Source of the DNA: Escherichia phage Pondi
Reading direction: 5' to 3' (one strand)
Sequence record: OP136151.1
DNA: 60,610 nt
A program made the position numbers and the translations under genes. The notes under the pieces are model-generated. The model worked only from the letters and a program-made list of their open reading frames with translations. It searched no databases and was not told where the DNA came from. Each line of letters starts with the position of its first letter. Within the stretch, counting starts at the first letter, position 1. Positions 43,689-54,163 of this stretch are shown here, piece by piece.

Positions 43689-44049
43689 GAGCCAACTCCC
43701 ATAAAGTGACGCCAGCGGTAGACCAGAAAATCAGGATGGGAACTACTCCGACTGCGGCGGCTTGTGCGGCCATGCCGAGATAACACCAGAAGATACAACT
43801 GAAGAACGCTACACACCAGTGGCTGAATGTTCCCATCCATCGCTCAGGGTTGCGGGAGATATAGATCTGAGCGCCACCGATCACAATGCCTGAGAATACC
43901 CACCATGCGCCAGGCATGATACCAGTTAACTCATCAATAATGACTGGCTGTTTGAATACTGCCGCCACGATTGACCACGTTAATGTCACCATGCCGACAA
44001 GCATTTCCACTCTAATCTGCTTGTTCATGTTGTAATATCCCATGTCCAT
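43675..44049 (-). CDS. Integral membrane protein, 124 aa, 3-4 TM helices (holin/antiholin-like or exclusion protein)
   Basis: Multiple hydrophobic helices; GGAG RBS; downstream of the terminator that ends the giant gene. Confidence 0.45.
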   Translation of the reverse strand: MDMGYYNMNKQIRVEMLVGMVTLTWSIVAAVFKQPVIIDELTGIMPGAWWVFSGIVIGGAQIYISRNPERWMGTFSHWCVAFFSCIFWCYLGMAAQAAAVGVVPILIFWSTAGVTLWELAHVRT

Positions 44050-44094
44050 ATGAAATGCTCCATGCCCTTAGAACTCCCACCAAAAGCATAGCAC

Positions 44095-44125
44095 AAAAAA
44101 AAGCCCTAACCAAAGTGGAAAGGGC
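44095..44125 (-). terminator. Rho-independent terminator after the giant virion gene
   Basis: On the minus-strand transcript: interrupted stem GCCCT...AGGGC followed by U8; 40 nt after stop at 44166. Confidence 0.5.
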
Positions 44126-44165
44126 GCGCTATCAATCTACAGGGAATGTCATCGAGATCTAAATA

Positions 44166-47100
44166 TTAAAACAACATCCAATATTTGTCACTCAATTCTT
44201 TCGCCAGTTCGTTCTTCTTGACCTGCAAGGCATCCAGTTCTGCACGCTTCGCTTCAGGTGACATACCGTCGTTCGCGTAAATCTCTTTCGTCTGGCGGTT
44301 GTACTTCTGCATCCGGGCAACGCCTTTCTCAATTGACTTACGGGCAGACAACACGCTGGCCTTCTCGGTCTTAAACTCCCGATACGCCTGCATGTTCTTC
44401 TGGTCTTTGTACGCCTTCAGGGTACCGTACGTTTGACCAGCCTTCTCGCTCATCTGGTACAGACGGTCGGTGTATTTGTCGCCGGACACACCGCCACGTA
44501 CGAAAGTTTTTACCACCGGGTAATCAAAATCCTTTTTAGCCGGGGCAACTTTTTCGGTACCCGTTCCTTTGCGATAGGCCACGTCCGTTACACCGACGAT
44601 GTACTGACCGACTGTCCCGGTGTAACCCTCAATCATATGCTGGAGACGCAGCGGACTACGCATCCATTCCGGGGCAGCTTCAGGTAACGCCTTGCTCATA
44701 TCCTTAATCCACTCAGGCGTCGTGGTGCTGTGCTGCTGGTTAGCTTCCAGACGTTGCAGTGACTGCGGTACGATTGGACGCTGAGTAAAGCTATTCATGT
44801 TGGTCTGGTCTTCGTAGATCGGCTTGAAGAACTGAGGCCAGTCTGCCGCAAACGTGTTAGACAACATGAAGCCCAGGCGTGCACCAAACATACGGTCGTC
44901 ACGGTACAGCGCTTCGAATGCACGCTCAGGAATAGTGCCGAACAGTGCGCCCAGTTCGAACGGTTTCGGGATACGGTAGCGAGTGTCGCCAGCGAAGATG
45001 ATCCAGAAGGAATCACGCTCATGTTCTGGCAGCGCCCAGTAACGTTCGTCGTCCGCGTTCATTGCCATAAGGGCCATCGTTGCACCAACAAGTAGAGCAC
45101 CTTTCAGCATGAACGCTTTCGGGTTCTCTTTACCACCACGTACCATACGGTCCAGACCCTGCACACGGGCATTCAGGAACGGTATCATCGCCATCGCTGC
45201 TTTGGTTACACGGCTGCTACCACGGCGGCTGAAGTTCAGCACATCGTTAGACTGGTATGCAGCTTCCACCGGATCGCCAGTGTGCTTCAGGACGTCTTCG
45301 TACACACCCATGCGAGTGGCCTGTTCGGATGCCGTCAGCAACTTACTGTACATTTCCCACAGCTTCTTAGGTGAGTTAACGATGGTGCCGCCTTTCTCCA
45401 GCTTGCGCAGGTTTTTGGCAACCGACTCAGGACGGGAGTTATCGTAACCGCCCATCATGCCGCCAGCGACGTGGTAGTCGACAGCCATCGAGTCGTTGCG
45501 GATGGAACGCATCGCACCCTGGAACGCTTTGAAGAACGGGCGGAACGTCAGGACGTCTTTAGTGATAGCAGACATTCCGTTGCGGCCAGCGGCTTTAGTC
45601 ATCTGCACATAGTTACCCATTACGTCACGCACGAAGTTGGTCATAACGAAGTTAGGCGTTGACGTCACGGCTGCTGTGAATACACGTTTAGGCCAGCCGA
45701 GAATGTTGATGAGGGTATCGACGGCTTCCGGGCCAACACCTGCGATTGCTTCCAGCAACTGCGGGTCGGTCACTTCGTAATACTTCGCCTTGCCACCTTC
45801 ACGCACGGAGATAATGTTAGCGCCCTGCGGTGCTACTGCGGTGAACAGGTTGGAGTATTGCGCCATCTGCTCAGCGGTCATACCTTCAACCTTCAGGCCC
45901 AGGTTGGTCAGCGCACGTTTCATCTGCTCGTTGCTGATACCGACAGGCTTGAAGTTGTGCGGCACTTCTTCCAGCGCTGCGTTGATGGTAATGTCGCGCA
46001 CCTTCTGCATGGCCGCGTTCTTGTAGCCGGACGAGATCATGTGGTTAACGTTACGCGCCATGTTCTCCAGGATGTCCATTTTACCAGCGCCACCCTTCAG
46101 ACGGCGGATGCCGGAAGACTGATCAGCGAGGCCACGTTTTCCAGACGGTGCTGTTACACGGTCCACTTCCTCATCCACACGGTAGAACGGAACGTAGTCG
46201 TCGGATTCGAACAGTTTACGCTGCTCAGGATCTACGATGCCAGTTTGCTCACCGAAGTCGAGGATGGCTTTGTTAAACTCACGCCAGTCTTTGTGCGCCT
46301 GGTTGAATACCTTACGCATTTCCGGGCGACGGTTAACATAGTCGATGATGTCTTTAATCTGCTTCTCGGTGTACAGGTTTTCGCGGCCTTCTTCCATCAA
46401 GCGTTTGGCACGCACAGCACCCGCCCAGTATTCCCACACTGGCAGCATATTACCTTTCATCTCCAGCACTGGATTGAAGATTTCAGTGAAGCCTTTGGTG
46501 TTCTTGTTCAGGCTGATGCCACCGTCTTTGTATACCGGAGCGCCGTGGTTCATTGCGACGGCCACGGTGCTGTTCACGTTCTTCGCCAGCATTGCCATCT
46601 TGTACGCCGACTCTTTACCCTGACGCAGTTCACCGTTGTTACCAGCCTTCTCATATTTGGCGATGGTGTACAGGTCATCCACGCCTTTCTGATACAAGCC
46701 TTCCATCGTCAGACCGTTGTCTTTCATGATGTCTTTGATGCGCTGGAACAGAGAGCGGTCATCGCGGTACATGGTGTCACGCATACCCTGCTTGATGTCT
46801 TCGTCCACTTCCGCAGACTCGATGTCGTTTTTCTTTTTCAGGCTGGCGGCAAAGTTACGCGGCGCGCTGTACTGCATCGGCGGCAGAGATTTACGCACGT
46901 CGTCACGGTTGACAGTGTTGTCACGCAGGTACTGAGCATTGGCCTGAATAAGCTGGCGTACAGACTCCATGCTGGCGCGACCGTCAATCAGCTTGGCTTT
47001 AATCATCAACTGACGCAGAGCTTCCAGCACGCGGGTAATGACGTTGGACTTCTCCAGGATAGCTGGGTTTTCCGCAGCCAGCGCTAGGACTTCTTCAGCC

Positions 47101-50100
47101 ATCATACGCTGCGCGTCAGGTGACGACATGTCGTACAGTTCGCTGTAGCTCTCGCGCACTTCTTTGAAATACTTCGCCAGCGCCGGGGACTTATCGGCGG
47201 CCAGGATTTTATCCATCTCAGCGTCGTATTCCGGTTTAGACAGGCGAGCACGCAGACCGTAGTGTACGACAATCTCATGACGCAACAGAGCTTCCACTTC
47301 TTCCTTGCTGGTCAGGTTTTCGGAGATCAGTTTAGCGCTCACGTTGCCAGCGTCATAGAAGCCGAGCAGGACGCTACCTTCCGGCAGGTCGATACCCATA
47401 TCTTCCTGACGCTGCATGACGGTCATGTCTACAGCCTGCGCGCCTTTGAACTTCTTCAGGAAGTCGGCGGCAACCACAGCCACATCTTCCGGTGACATAC
47501 CTTGCTTATCAGACGCAGGTTTAACGCTGGCAGCACCGGACTGTTTGTCAATCTTACGCTTAGCGTAGTCCTTACCGAAAATCTCACGACGACCTTTTGA
47601 GTCTTCAGTAGCCAGGTACGTGTCGTGGATAGACTTAACGGTGAACGTCTCGCCGTCTTCCTCGAAAGTCTTACCTACCAGCGTGTGATAGTCGACATTA
47701 GGGGTAACGTCCGGCTTGTCAGTCTTCTTCGGTACGCGAGCTTCTTTGTAGGCCACGTAATGTTTGGCTGGCGCTGACATGTCACGGGAGTCAACCTTAT
47801 CACCACGGGCATACGCGCGGTCGATGGTTTCCTTCAGTGTGATACCGTCAGGTTGCATCTTCTCCAGGGCGCGGACGTAGTTGCGACGTACCAGTGGCTT
47901 CATACCACGTGTGAAATCTTCCAGTGACTTCTCGAAAGATTCAGTGCGCGCGGCAGACTTCTCACGCAGACGGTCAGCCGTCGCCTGACTTTCTTTACTC
48001 AGACCTTTCGGTGACGGTTCAGCGATACTGGACATGCGTTCTTCCAGTTCCTTACGCATGGTCGCGCGAGTCTTACCTTTCAGTGGCGCGTACAGATGAC
48101 GGTCGGATTCCGGTACCTGCGTTTCCATAGCGGCCAGGGTCTCACGCACTTTGTTCAGCGGACGCTTGGTATCGTTGACTTCATGCAGCACACCTTGCAG
48201 CGTATTAGCGTTGACACGGCTTTCCGAAGACATCCCTAAACGATCACCTTTGCCCGGCGCGTCCATCACGTTGCTGTCACCACCGCGACGAATCATGACA
48301 TCGCCGTTGTCCAGCACGAAGCGACGACCTTGCACACCAGTGATCTTGCGGACTTCACCGTGGGAGTCTTTCGCATACTTCCCGTCCAGGTCGGTACCTT
48401 CCACTGGCCCAAAACCAACACGACCTTCAACGTCGGTAACGCGAGTAGACTCACCTTCGATTGCGGCGTTATCCTTTTCCTTCTCTGCGATCATCTCACC
48501 CAGGTCACGCTGGACTTCGGCAGACTGCGCCAGTACATCGTCGGTCGCCTGCTGTGCATCGGTAACCATCTCACCCAGGTTGCGCTCGTCTTCGAACTCT
48601 ACAGGGGCTAGGTCATAACGCTCACGGGCATCTTTGGTTTCCTGAGACACACGCTTCATACCTTCCGGTACCACAGACGGCACGTTGATTTCACGGGCGT
48701 CGACAATGTGACCGTTGCCGTTCTCATCAACCAGACGTACAGCGCGGCCCTGGAATTTATCGACGGAATACTCCTTGCCGTTCCAGTTCACTTTGTTGCC
48801 GACGTCAACGCCACGCTCGTTGGCTTCCTTCAGGATCTTGTTGGTAACCTGAATAGCTGGCTGCTTCTTGCCAGGTAACGCCGGACGCACAGATTCACGC
48901 TCGATGTATTTCGCTACAGCCTCGTCACCTTTCGCCTTTAGTTCTGCCTGACGTGCTTCTTCGGCGGCCAGCGCTTCTGTATCGACTTCTGGCGCGGCTT
49001 TCTTTTTGGTACGGGCAAACAGTGCTGACTTCGGTTTAACCTCGGCAGCGGCTGGCTCAGCGGCGGGAACGGTCGGTTCCAGTGCAGCGGCTACGTCAAT
49101 CTGCGGCAGCGGCGGTGGAGTCACTTTATCTTTCGGCGGCAGTGCTGGCGGTACCACAGCTTCGGTAACCTGCGGTAATGCTGGCGCTTCCAGTTTCTGC
49201 TGTACTGCTGCCAGTACCGGAGACTCTTCAGCGACACCGCGTGGATTGTAACCAGTGGCCTCTTTAACCTGCGCAACTGGACCGGGCATAGCGATGGTGG
49301 AAGTTTGCCCCGGAGACGGCAGACCTTTAGTTTCACCCGGCAGCGGACCGACGTCACCCTGCGCTACCTGCTGCTGTACCATCTGAGCTACAGACTGCGG
49401 TGCGTTAGTGGCGCTCGCCTTGTTCGCATAGTAGATAGAGTCCGGGGAGTCGAATAGTTCGCTGACCATCTGATCCATAGCGTCGACTTCACCGACATCA
49501 CGGGATGCGGCCATCGCTTCAGCCGGAGACATACCCTGAGCGCGCGCTTCCATGTAGGCAGACTTGCGAGCTTCAGTGATTGCAGGAGACGCCTGTTCAA
49601 CCATCTGGTCCAGCACGTCACCGCCGCCCATCTCAGCACGCACAGCGTCGTATTCGTTCGGGTCCACACCTTCAACAGCCTGACCGGACTCAGCCGCAGC
49701 GTCACCGATAGCGTTGTTAACAGAGCGGTTATCCTTCCAGTCTTTGACCATGCCGGGAGCTTGCACCGCGCCATGCAGAGTAGCACCTACGCCAGCACCA
49801 GTTACACCGGAGAACGCCACGTCATTCAGGAACTGGCCTACCGTCATGTCTTCGTCGAGCACGCCGATGTCGTAACCATTCTGGATAGCCTGGGTAGCGG
49901 ATTCCTGAATACCTTCAGCTATTGCAGATTTGCCGAGATCAGTAAGGCTGTGGGCACCTTTCTTCATGATGAGGCCCAGCGGTACCGCTTCAGTAATCGG
50001 TTCCAGTGCGGCGAACATGGTTGCGCGGTTGTCGGCTTCTGCCGGAGACAGACCTTTGTCGATTGAGTCCTGATAGTAGGAACCGTACGCCTGACCAGTC

Positions 50101-50744
50101 ATCTCAGCGAGGCCAGCGACCGGGCGCTTCAACAGGATGGACGTCAGGATTGCCGGAGACATGTCCTGCGCGCCCGTGAGGATTGTGGATACCAGGTTTT
50201 TAGCTGACCACTCGTCGCCAGTCTTCGGTGCAGTTTTGGCAATTTCGTTTGACAGGCGAAGACCTTCGTCACGCGCGGCAACAAAGTCGGCATCCTTATT
50301 CAGTTCTGCGGCCTTCGCTTTATCAATAGCGGCGTAGAGAGCTTTATTCTTTTGCAGTTTGGTCGCATACGTGTCGCCTTCGGCAGCGGTAAAGGTAGCT
50401 GGGTCAATCCCCAGTTCGGCAGCATATGACGGATCGTTACGCAGGCGTTCAGCCAGCACCCCGTCAGTCAGGTCTTGACCTTTGACGGCCACGCCTTGTT
50501 TGATACCCTGCCATGAACGTTGCATACGCTCAGGCATCGCGGCGAGAGATTTGTAAATTACGTCGCCCCAACTATCTTCTTTTGCTGGTTCTGTGACGGC
50601 TGTCTCACTTCCGATACCGGAAAAGTCTACGTCACCCAGGTCGAAGTTAACTGTCGACAGGTCGATGTCAGATTTAGGTTTTGATGCAGGTTGTTGATTT
50701 GGCTGGGATAAGTCCAGTCCAGAAAGGTCGATGTTGCTTGCCAT
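44166..50744 (-). CDS. Giant virion-associated protein, about 2192 aa (putative internal/ejection protein; function unknown)
   Basis: Start at ATG 50744 preceded by AGGGGGAG (track ORF extends 13 codons further); last gene of the late operon; no Walker A, RNA polymerase or peptidase motif recognised by eye. Confidence 0.6.
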   Translation of the reverse strand: MASNIDLSGLDLSQPNQQPASKPKSDIDLSTVNFDLGDVDFSGIGSETAVTEPAKEDSWGDVIYKSLAAMPERMQRSWQGIKQGVAVKGQDLTDGVLAERLRNDPSYAAELGIDPATFTAAEGDTYATKLQKNKALYAAIDKAKAAELNKDADFVAARDEGLRLSNEIAKTAPKTGDEWSAKNLVSTILTGAQDMSPAILTSILLKRPVAGLAEMTGQAYGSYYQDSIDKGLSPAEADNRATMFAALEPITEAVPLGLIMKKGAHSLTDLGKSAIAEGIQESATQAIQNGYDIGVLDEDMTVGQFLNDVAFSGVTGAGVGATLHGAVQAPGMVKDWKDNRSVNNAIGDAAAESGQAVEGVDPNEYDAVRAEMGGGDVLDQMVEQASPAITEARKSAYMEARAQGMSPAEAMAASRDVGEVDAMDQMVSELFDSPDSIYYANKASATNAPQSVAQMVQQQVAQGDVGPLPGETKGLPSPGQTSTIAMPGPVAQVKEATGYNPRGVAEESPVLAAVQQKLEAPALPQVTEAVVPPALPPKDKVTPPPLPQIDVAAALEPTVPAAEPAAAEVKPKSALFARTKKKAAPEVDTEALAAEEARQAELKAKGDEAVAKYIERESVRPALPGKKQPAIQVTNKILKEANERGVDVGNKVNWNGKEYSVDKFQGRAVRLVDENGNGHIVDAREINVPSVVPEGMKRVSQETKDARERYDLAPVEFEDERNLGEMVTDAQQATDDVLAQSAEVQRDLGEMIAEKEKDNAAIEGESTRVTDVEGRVGFGPVEGTDLDGKYAKDSHGEVRKITGVQGRRFVLDNGDVMIRRGGDSNVMDAPGKGDRLGMSSESRVNANTLQGVLHEVNDTKRPLNKVRETLAAMETQVPESDRHLYAPLKGKTRATMRKELEERMSSIAEPSPKGLSKESQATADRLREKSAARTESFEKSLEDFTRGMKPLVRRNYVRALEKMQPDGITLKETIDRAYARGDKVDSRDMSAPAKHYVAYKEARVPKKTDKPDVTPNVDYHTLVGKTFEEDGETFTVKSIHDTYLATEDSKGRREIFGKDYAKRKIDKQSGAASVKPASDKQGMSPEDVAVVAADFLKKFKGAQAVDMTVMQRQEDMGIDLPEGSVLLGFYDAGNVSAKLISENLTSKEEVEALLRHEIVVHYGLRARLSKPEYDAEMDKILAADKSPALAKYFKEVRESYSELYDMSSPDAQRMMAEEVLALAAENPAILEKSNVITRVLEALRQLMIKAKLIDGRASMESVRQLIQANAQYLRDNTVNRDDVRKSLPPMQYSAPRNFAASLKKKNDIESAEVDEDIKQGMRDTMYRDDRSLFQRIKDIMKDNGLTMEGLYQKGVDDLYTIAKYEKAGNNGELRQGKESAYKMAMLAKNVNSTVAVAMNHGAPVYKDGGISLNKNTKGFTEIFNPVLEMKGNMLPVWEYWAGAVRAKRLMEEGRENLYTEKQIKDIIDYVNRRPEMRKVFNQAHKDWREFNKAILDFGEQTGIVDPEQRKLFESDDYVPFYRVDEEVDRVTAPSGKRGLADQSSGIRRLKGGAGKMDILENMARNVNHMISSGYKNAAMQKVRDITINAALEEVPHNFKPVGISNEQMKRALTNLGLKVEGMTAEQMAQYSNLFTAVAPQGANIISVREGGKAKYYEVTDPQLLEAIAGVGPEAVDTLINILGWPKRVFTAAVTSTPNFVMTNFVRDVMGNYVQMTKAAGRNGMSAITKDVLTFRPFFKAFQGAMRSIRNDSMAVDYHVAGGMMGGYDNSRPESVAKNLRKLEKGGTIVNSPKKLWEMYSKLLTASEQATRMGVYEDVLKHTGDPVEAAYQSNDVLNFSRRGSSRVTKAAMAMIPFLNARVQGLDRMVRGGKENPKAFMLKGALLVGATMALMAMNADDERYWALPEHERDSFWIIFAGDTRYRIPKPFELGALFGTIPERAFEALYRDDRMFGARLGFMLSNTFAADWPQFFKPIYEDQTNMNSFTQRPIVPQSLQRLEANQQHSTTTPEWIKDMSKALPEAAPEWMRSPLRLQHMIEGYTGTVGQYIVGVTDVAYRKGTGTEKVAPAKKDFDYPVVKTFVRGGVSGDKYTDRLYQMSEKAGQTYGTLKAYKDQKNMQAYREFKTEKASVLSARKSIEKGVARMQKYNRQTKEIYANDGMSPEAKRAELDALQVKKNELAKELSDKYWMLF

Positions 50745-50785
50745 TAGAAATGCTCCCCCTTGTTGATAGGGGAAGCATAGCATAT

Positions 50786-51637
50786 TTATTTGAACATTGG
50801 TGCATATTGCGGATTAGAGCGAATGGCCGCTGCAATCTGATCGTCTGACGCGTCAGGGTACTTCTCTTTCACGCGAGCAATCATGGCTTGCTGGTTAGCG
50901 GTGTATCCTTTCTCAGCTTCCTTAGTCGCCAGATCTGCGCCCTCCTGGAACTTAGGACCGCTGCCCGGTAACTCTTCATCGCTGCCACCTTTGTTCTTGT
51001 TGAGGTACTCAGCTTTGTAGGCTTCCTTCGCTTTCGTGCGGCTACCACCGTAGTCTTTAAAGTCTTCAGCGTCAGTAGACAGGAGGCCAGCTTTTTCGTT
51101 GATACGTTTATCAGCGTAAGTGTTAGCTTCAGTTTCACGCTGCGCCTTGCTGGCTTTGGTATCAGCTTCGCCACCCGGCAGATCGTCAATAGCTTTAACC
51201 TGCACGGTACCGTCACGGTAGGTAAAGATCATACGGCCCGTCATGTTGCCGTCTTCATCTTTCTCCATCTGCGGTGTGCCTTGCAGACGCTTACCGTTAG
51301 GACCAACACCGTCCTTACCTTCAGTCGCAGCGCGTGACTTAGCGTTCTCACCAGCCTGGAAGGACTGAGAAGCCTGACGCTCGGACGACTGGAAGTCACG
51401 GTCTTTCTGCTTCTCGGCAGAGTCGTAAACCTGAGTATCCTTGCGCTCGGACGTACCGTAAGCCTGACTGGCCTCGCGCTCGGACGTCTGGTACTTCTGC
51501 TGGAGTGCCATCATTTTCAGTTCGCGTGCTTCTGCCAGACGAGCTTTTTCTTCGTCACGGATTTCAGTAGCACGGTTACCCGCCGCTTCGCCTGCCGCAC
51601 CTGCAAACATTGAAGCCAGTGCTTCACCGATACTCAT
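50786..51637 (-). CDS. Hypothetical virion protein, about 283 aa, charged and Lys/Glu-rich
   Basis: ATG at 51637 overlapping upstream stop (TGATG). Confidence 0.5.
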   Translation of the reverse strand: MSIGEALASMFAGAAGEAAGNRATEIRDEEKARLAEARELKMMALQQKYQTSEREASQAYGTSERKDTQVYDSAEKQKDRDFQSSERQASQSFQAGENAKSRAATEGKDGVGPNGKRLQGTPQMEKDEDGNMTGRMIFTYRDGTVQVKAIDDLPGGEADTKASKAQRETEANTYADKRINEKAGLLSTDAEDFKDYGGSRTKAKEAYKAEYLNKNKGGSDEELPGSGPKFQEGADLATKEAEKGYTANQQAMIARVKEKYPDASDDQIAAAIRSNPQYAPMFK

Positions 51638-52323
51638 CACATGCCTCCCATTGCAGCGGTCATGCCCTGCTGTTTCTCTGCCATATCAACATCGGTCTGC
51701 GCTTCCATCTCTTCAGCGCTGTCGTCCGGTGCACCCATCTCTTCAACTTCTTCGATGGCATCCTCGGCACCTTCCTCAGCGATTTCCTGAGCGTTCGGTG
51801 ATGCGTTGATCACAGCCTTAACGATGTCGGCATATTCCTGTTTCTCTTCAGGTGCCATCTGGCTACCGCCCTGGGCGATGAGAACTTCCAGACCGATCAG
51901 TGCGCCAGCGTCTGCGGTATCGTCCGCTTCTTCCGGGGAGATCAGTTTCAGCATAAGCGCCAGGTCAGTAAGCTGACTCGACGTCTCTGCGGCAGCACCA
52001 ACGATAACCACAGGCGGGAACGAGCCGCCGCTAGTTTTAGCGGCAGCGGTAGCCATCATGAGATAGAAGCCTGTGAACTTACCGACAACCTCGGCAGGTT
52101 CAGAGTCATCTTCCATCAACTGTTGAGATACCATGTCGGCACCCTGACCTTCCCAAATCTCAGAAGAGATCAGCGCCATAACTTTATTATATAGCTTCTC
52201 CATTTCCGCCGGGTCATCACCGCCCATACGCAAAGTTTGCTGGTTCATTGGTTGAGTTTCAGGTGCCTGCATTTCCTGCTGCGGAGGCTGGCCGCCCATA
52301 CTCATTGCATCCATCATTGACAT
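51637..52323 (-). CDS. Acidic virion protein, 228 aa
   Basis: Strongly acidic (many E/D); AAGGGG RBS. Confidence 0.5.
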   Translation of the reverse strand: MSMMDAMSMGGQPPQQEMQAPETQPMNQQTLRMGGDDPAEMEKLYNKVMALISSEIWEGQGADMVSQQLMEDDSEPAEVVGKFTGFYLMMATAAAKTSGGSFPPVVIVGAAAETSSQLTDLALMLKLISPEEADDTADAGALIGLEVLIAQGGSQMAPEEKQEYADIVKAVINASPNAQEIAEEGAEDAIEEVEEMGAPDDSAEEMEAQTDVDMAEKQQGMTAAMGGM

Positions 52324-52338
52324 AATTCGCCCCTTAAT

Positions 52339-52896
52339 TTATTGACCGATAGACTTTAACACACGTTGCTGTACGGAAGCCAGATTAACCGGAGTCCGGT
52401 TTCCCTGCCACGCGTTCTGTTTGGAGGCCACGGGTTTTACGTCACTGGAGTCAGCGAACTGTTTACCTGTGGCACTCTTCATTGCGGCAGCCATACCTTT
52501 GTCCGTGTTACCCATACCCTGACCAGCTTGTGACGCTTCGGTACCGCCACGCACGCGGGTATCGGTACCCACGCGAGTCTGTGATGTCGAACCACGGTAG
52601 CGCACAGCTTCAGTAGAGTTGCCGCTGCTATTGCTGCCGGAACTTGCTGTGTTGATGGGGGTGCCATCTTCGTTACGCTGTGACGCCGGGACAACACCCT
52701 GTGTTGCTTTGGTGTCAGCGTTCTGAGGCTTGTAACCTGTGGTGTCAGCGTTCCGGGCAACGTTACGTTCGCCTGCGGCCCAGTCAGCTTCCGCCTTTTT
52801 CCAGGCTGCATTGTGGCTCATACCGTTGGCTTTGTATGCCTGTACTGCGTCAGCGTAGTATTTCTGCTGATCGATATATTCCTGACTAACGCCCAT
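52339..52896 (-). CDS. Hypothetical virion protein, 185 aa
   Basis: TAATG coupling with upstream gene. Confidence 0.5.
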   Translation of the reverse strand: MGVSQEYIDQQKYYADAVQAYKANGMSHNAAWKKAEADWAAGERNVARNADTTGYKPQNADTKATQGVVPASQRNEDGTPINTASSGSNSSGNSTEAVRYRGSTSQTRVGTDTRVRGGTEASQAGQGMGNTDKGMAAAMKSATGKQFADSSDVKPVASKQNAWQGNRTPVNLASVQQRVLKSIGQ

Positions 52897-53852
52897 TAGA
52901 TGATGCCCCCTAAGTTGAGGTTGTCCACTTTACGCTGCTCACTGAAATCGTCAGCCGACTGGAAGCCTGCGCCCGGTTGAGCGGCGGCGCTCATGGATGA
53001 CATCATGTTGCTGCTATTGTTGGTACCGGAACTAGCACCAGTCGCATCGTACTGATCGGAACTGCTGGTACCCGCCTGCTGACCGAACGTAGCGCGGTTG
53101 GCAATCTGCTGTGGTGTAGCGGCCATCGCTTGTGGGTTAGCTGCTTTGGCCGCCTGGTCATTAGCGATACCCAGCGCAAAACCAGCCAGCGCGGAACCGA
53201 TAGGACCACCGAGAATACCGCCAGCCAGGCTTGCCGCCATACTCACAGTTTTGCTGGGACCGACGCTGTTAGCCCACGCCTTACCAACGTTGTGGTTAGC
53301 GCTCAGGTCACTACCTTCAGTTGGTGCAGCACCAGCCGTCAGGTTGCTTGCCACGCCGCCAACGGCAGCACCAATACTACCGAGGCCACCCATTGTTGCT
53401 GCGGTGGTTTTGGCGTTAGCTGTGTCACGGAAGCCCTGGTCACGCGCGGCAATGTTTGCTGCTGCTGAATGGCTTTCCGAGTCAATACCAGCAACGTCGG
53501 ACGCCGACAAGGCACCTTGCGGTGCGCTGGTTGACGGTGCGGCTGCTGCGGTGCGTGAAGAACGTGCGCTATCCACCGCCGACTTCAGGCCGCCCATGAG
53601 GCTGCCGCCAGTCTGCTTAGAGTCACCTGCCGCTGCTGCCGTTGCACCTGCCGCTGCTGCGCCTGCTGAAGCCCCACTGGCCGCATTGCTCGACGTAGCG
53701 TTACCTTTGCTGTTACCCGCGTTATTGCTGCCGCCGTTGCTACCACCGAGGCCGCCGCCTAAGCCGCCGCCACGCGAAGATGCGTCAGCACCCAGGCTAC
53801 CGTTGCCACGGGTTGATGAGCTACCTGCGGTACCGCCTTCTGCTTGTGCCAT
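52896..53852 (-). CDS. Gly/Ala/Ser-rich low-complexity virion protein, 318 aa
   Basis: GGGLGGGLGGSNGGSNNAGNSKGN...; TAATG coupling. Confidence 0.5.
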   Translation of the reverse strand: MAQAEGGTAGSSSTRGNGSLGADASSRGGGLGGGLGGSNGGSNNAGNSKGNATSSNAASGASAGAAAAGATAAAAGDSKQTGGSLMGGLKSAVDSARSSRTAAAAPSTSAPQGALSASDVAGIDSESHSAAANIAARDQGFRDTANAKTTAATMGGLGSIGAAVGGVASNLTAGAAPTEGSDLSANHNVGKAWANSVGPSKTVSMAASLAGGILGGPIGSALAGFALGIANDQAAKAANPQAMAATPQQIANRATFGQQAGTSSSDQYDATGASSGTNNSSNMMSSMSAAAQPGAGFQSADDFSEQRKVDNLNLGGII

Positions 53853-54154
53853 TATTGCGCTCCTTGTTTCATTGCGTCGGCCATGCTGCCTGACAGTAAA
53901 GCTGAGTTAGCCTGCTGCCCCGGAGGGATGGAGTTGTCGTAGCTGTCGATAACACCGTGCGTGTCATCCCAGCGACGCTGCTCATTCTCCTGCTGCTTCT
54001 GCATCAATTTCATCTGCTGGTTACCCTGCTTGTACTGCATGTAAGCGCCGTAACCTTTCGCAGCACCAGAGATTAAATCCAGTGCCGCCTTGTTGTTACC
54101 CAGCCAGTTGAAGGCGCTGGAAGCGGTGTCAAGAAAACTACCGAAGAAACTCAT
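53852..54154 (-). CDS. Hypothetical virion protein, 100 aa
   Basis: AAGGAG RBS; TAATG coupling downstream. Confidence 0.5.
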   Translation of the reverse strand: MSFFGSFLDTASSAFNWLGNNKAALDLISGAAKGYGAYMQYKQGNQQMKLMQKQQENEQRRWDDTHGVIDSYDNSIPPGQQANSALLSGSMADAMKQGAQ

Positions 54155-54163
54155 AGCTGCTCC

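Noticed and set aside
45858-47087. 409-aa plus-strand ORF (and several shorter ones) inside the giant minus-strand gene
   Set aside because: Antisense to a continuous 2192-codon frame with RBS and terminator; His/Val/Phe-rich junk composition typical of reverse-strand reading; no RBS.
44166-50744. Giant protein as an N4-like virion RNA polymerase
   Set aside because: No T7-like RNAP motifs (DxxGR, Rx3Kx7YG, HDS/HDE-type motif C) or DxDGD could be found by eye; kept only as an open question in findings.
53098-53910. 270-aa plus-strand ORF rich in Ala/Leu/Pro
   Set aside because: Mirror image of the Gly/Ala/Ser-rich low-complexity gene 52896..53852 on the opposite strand; compositional artefact.
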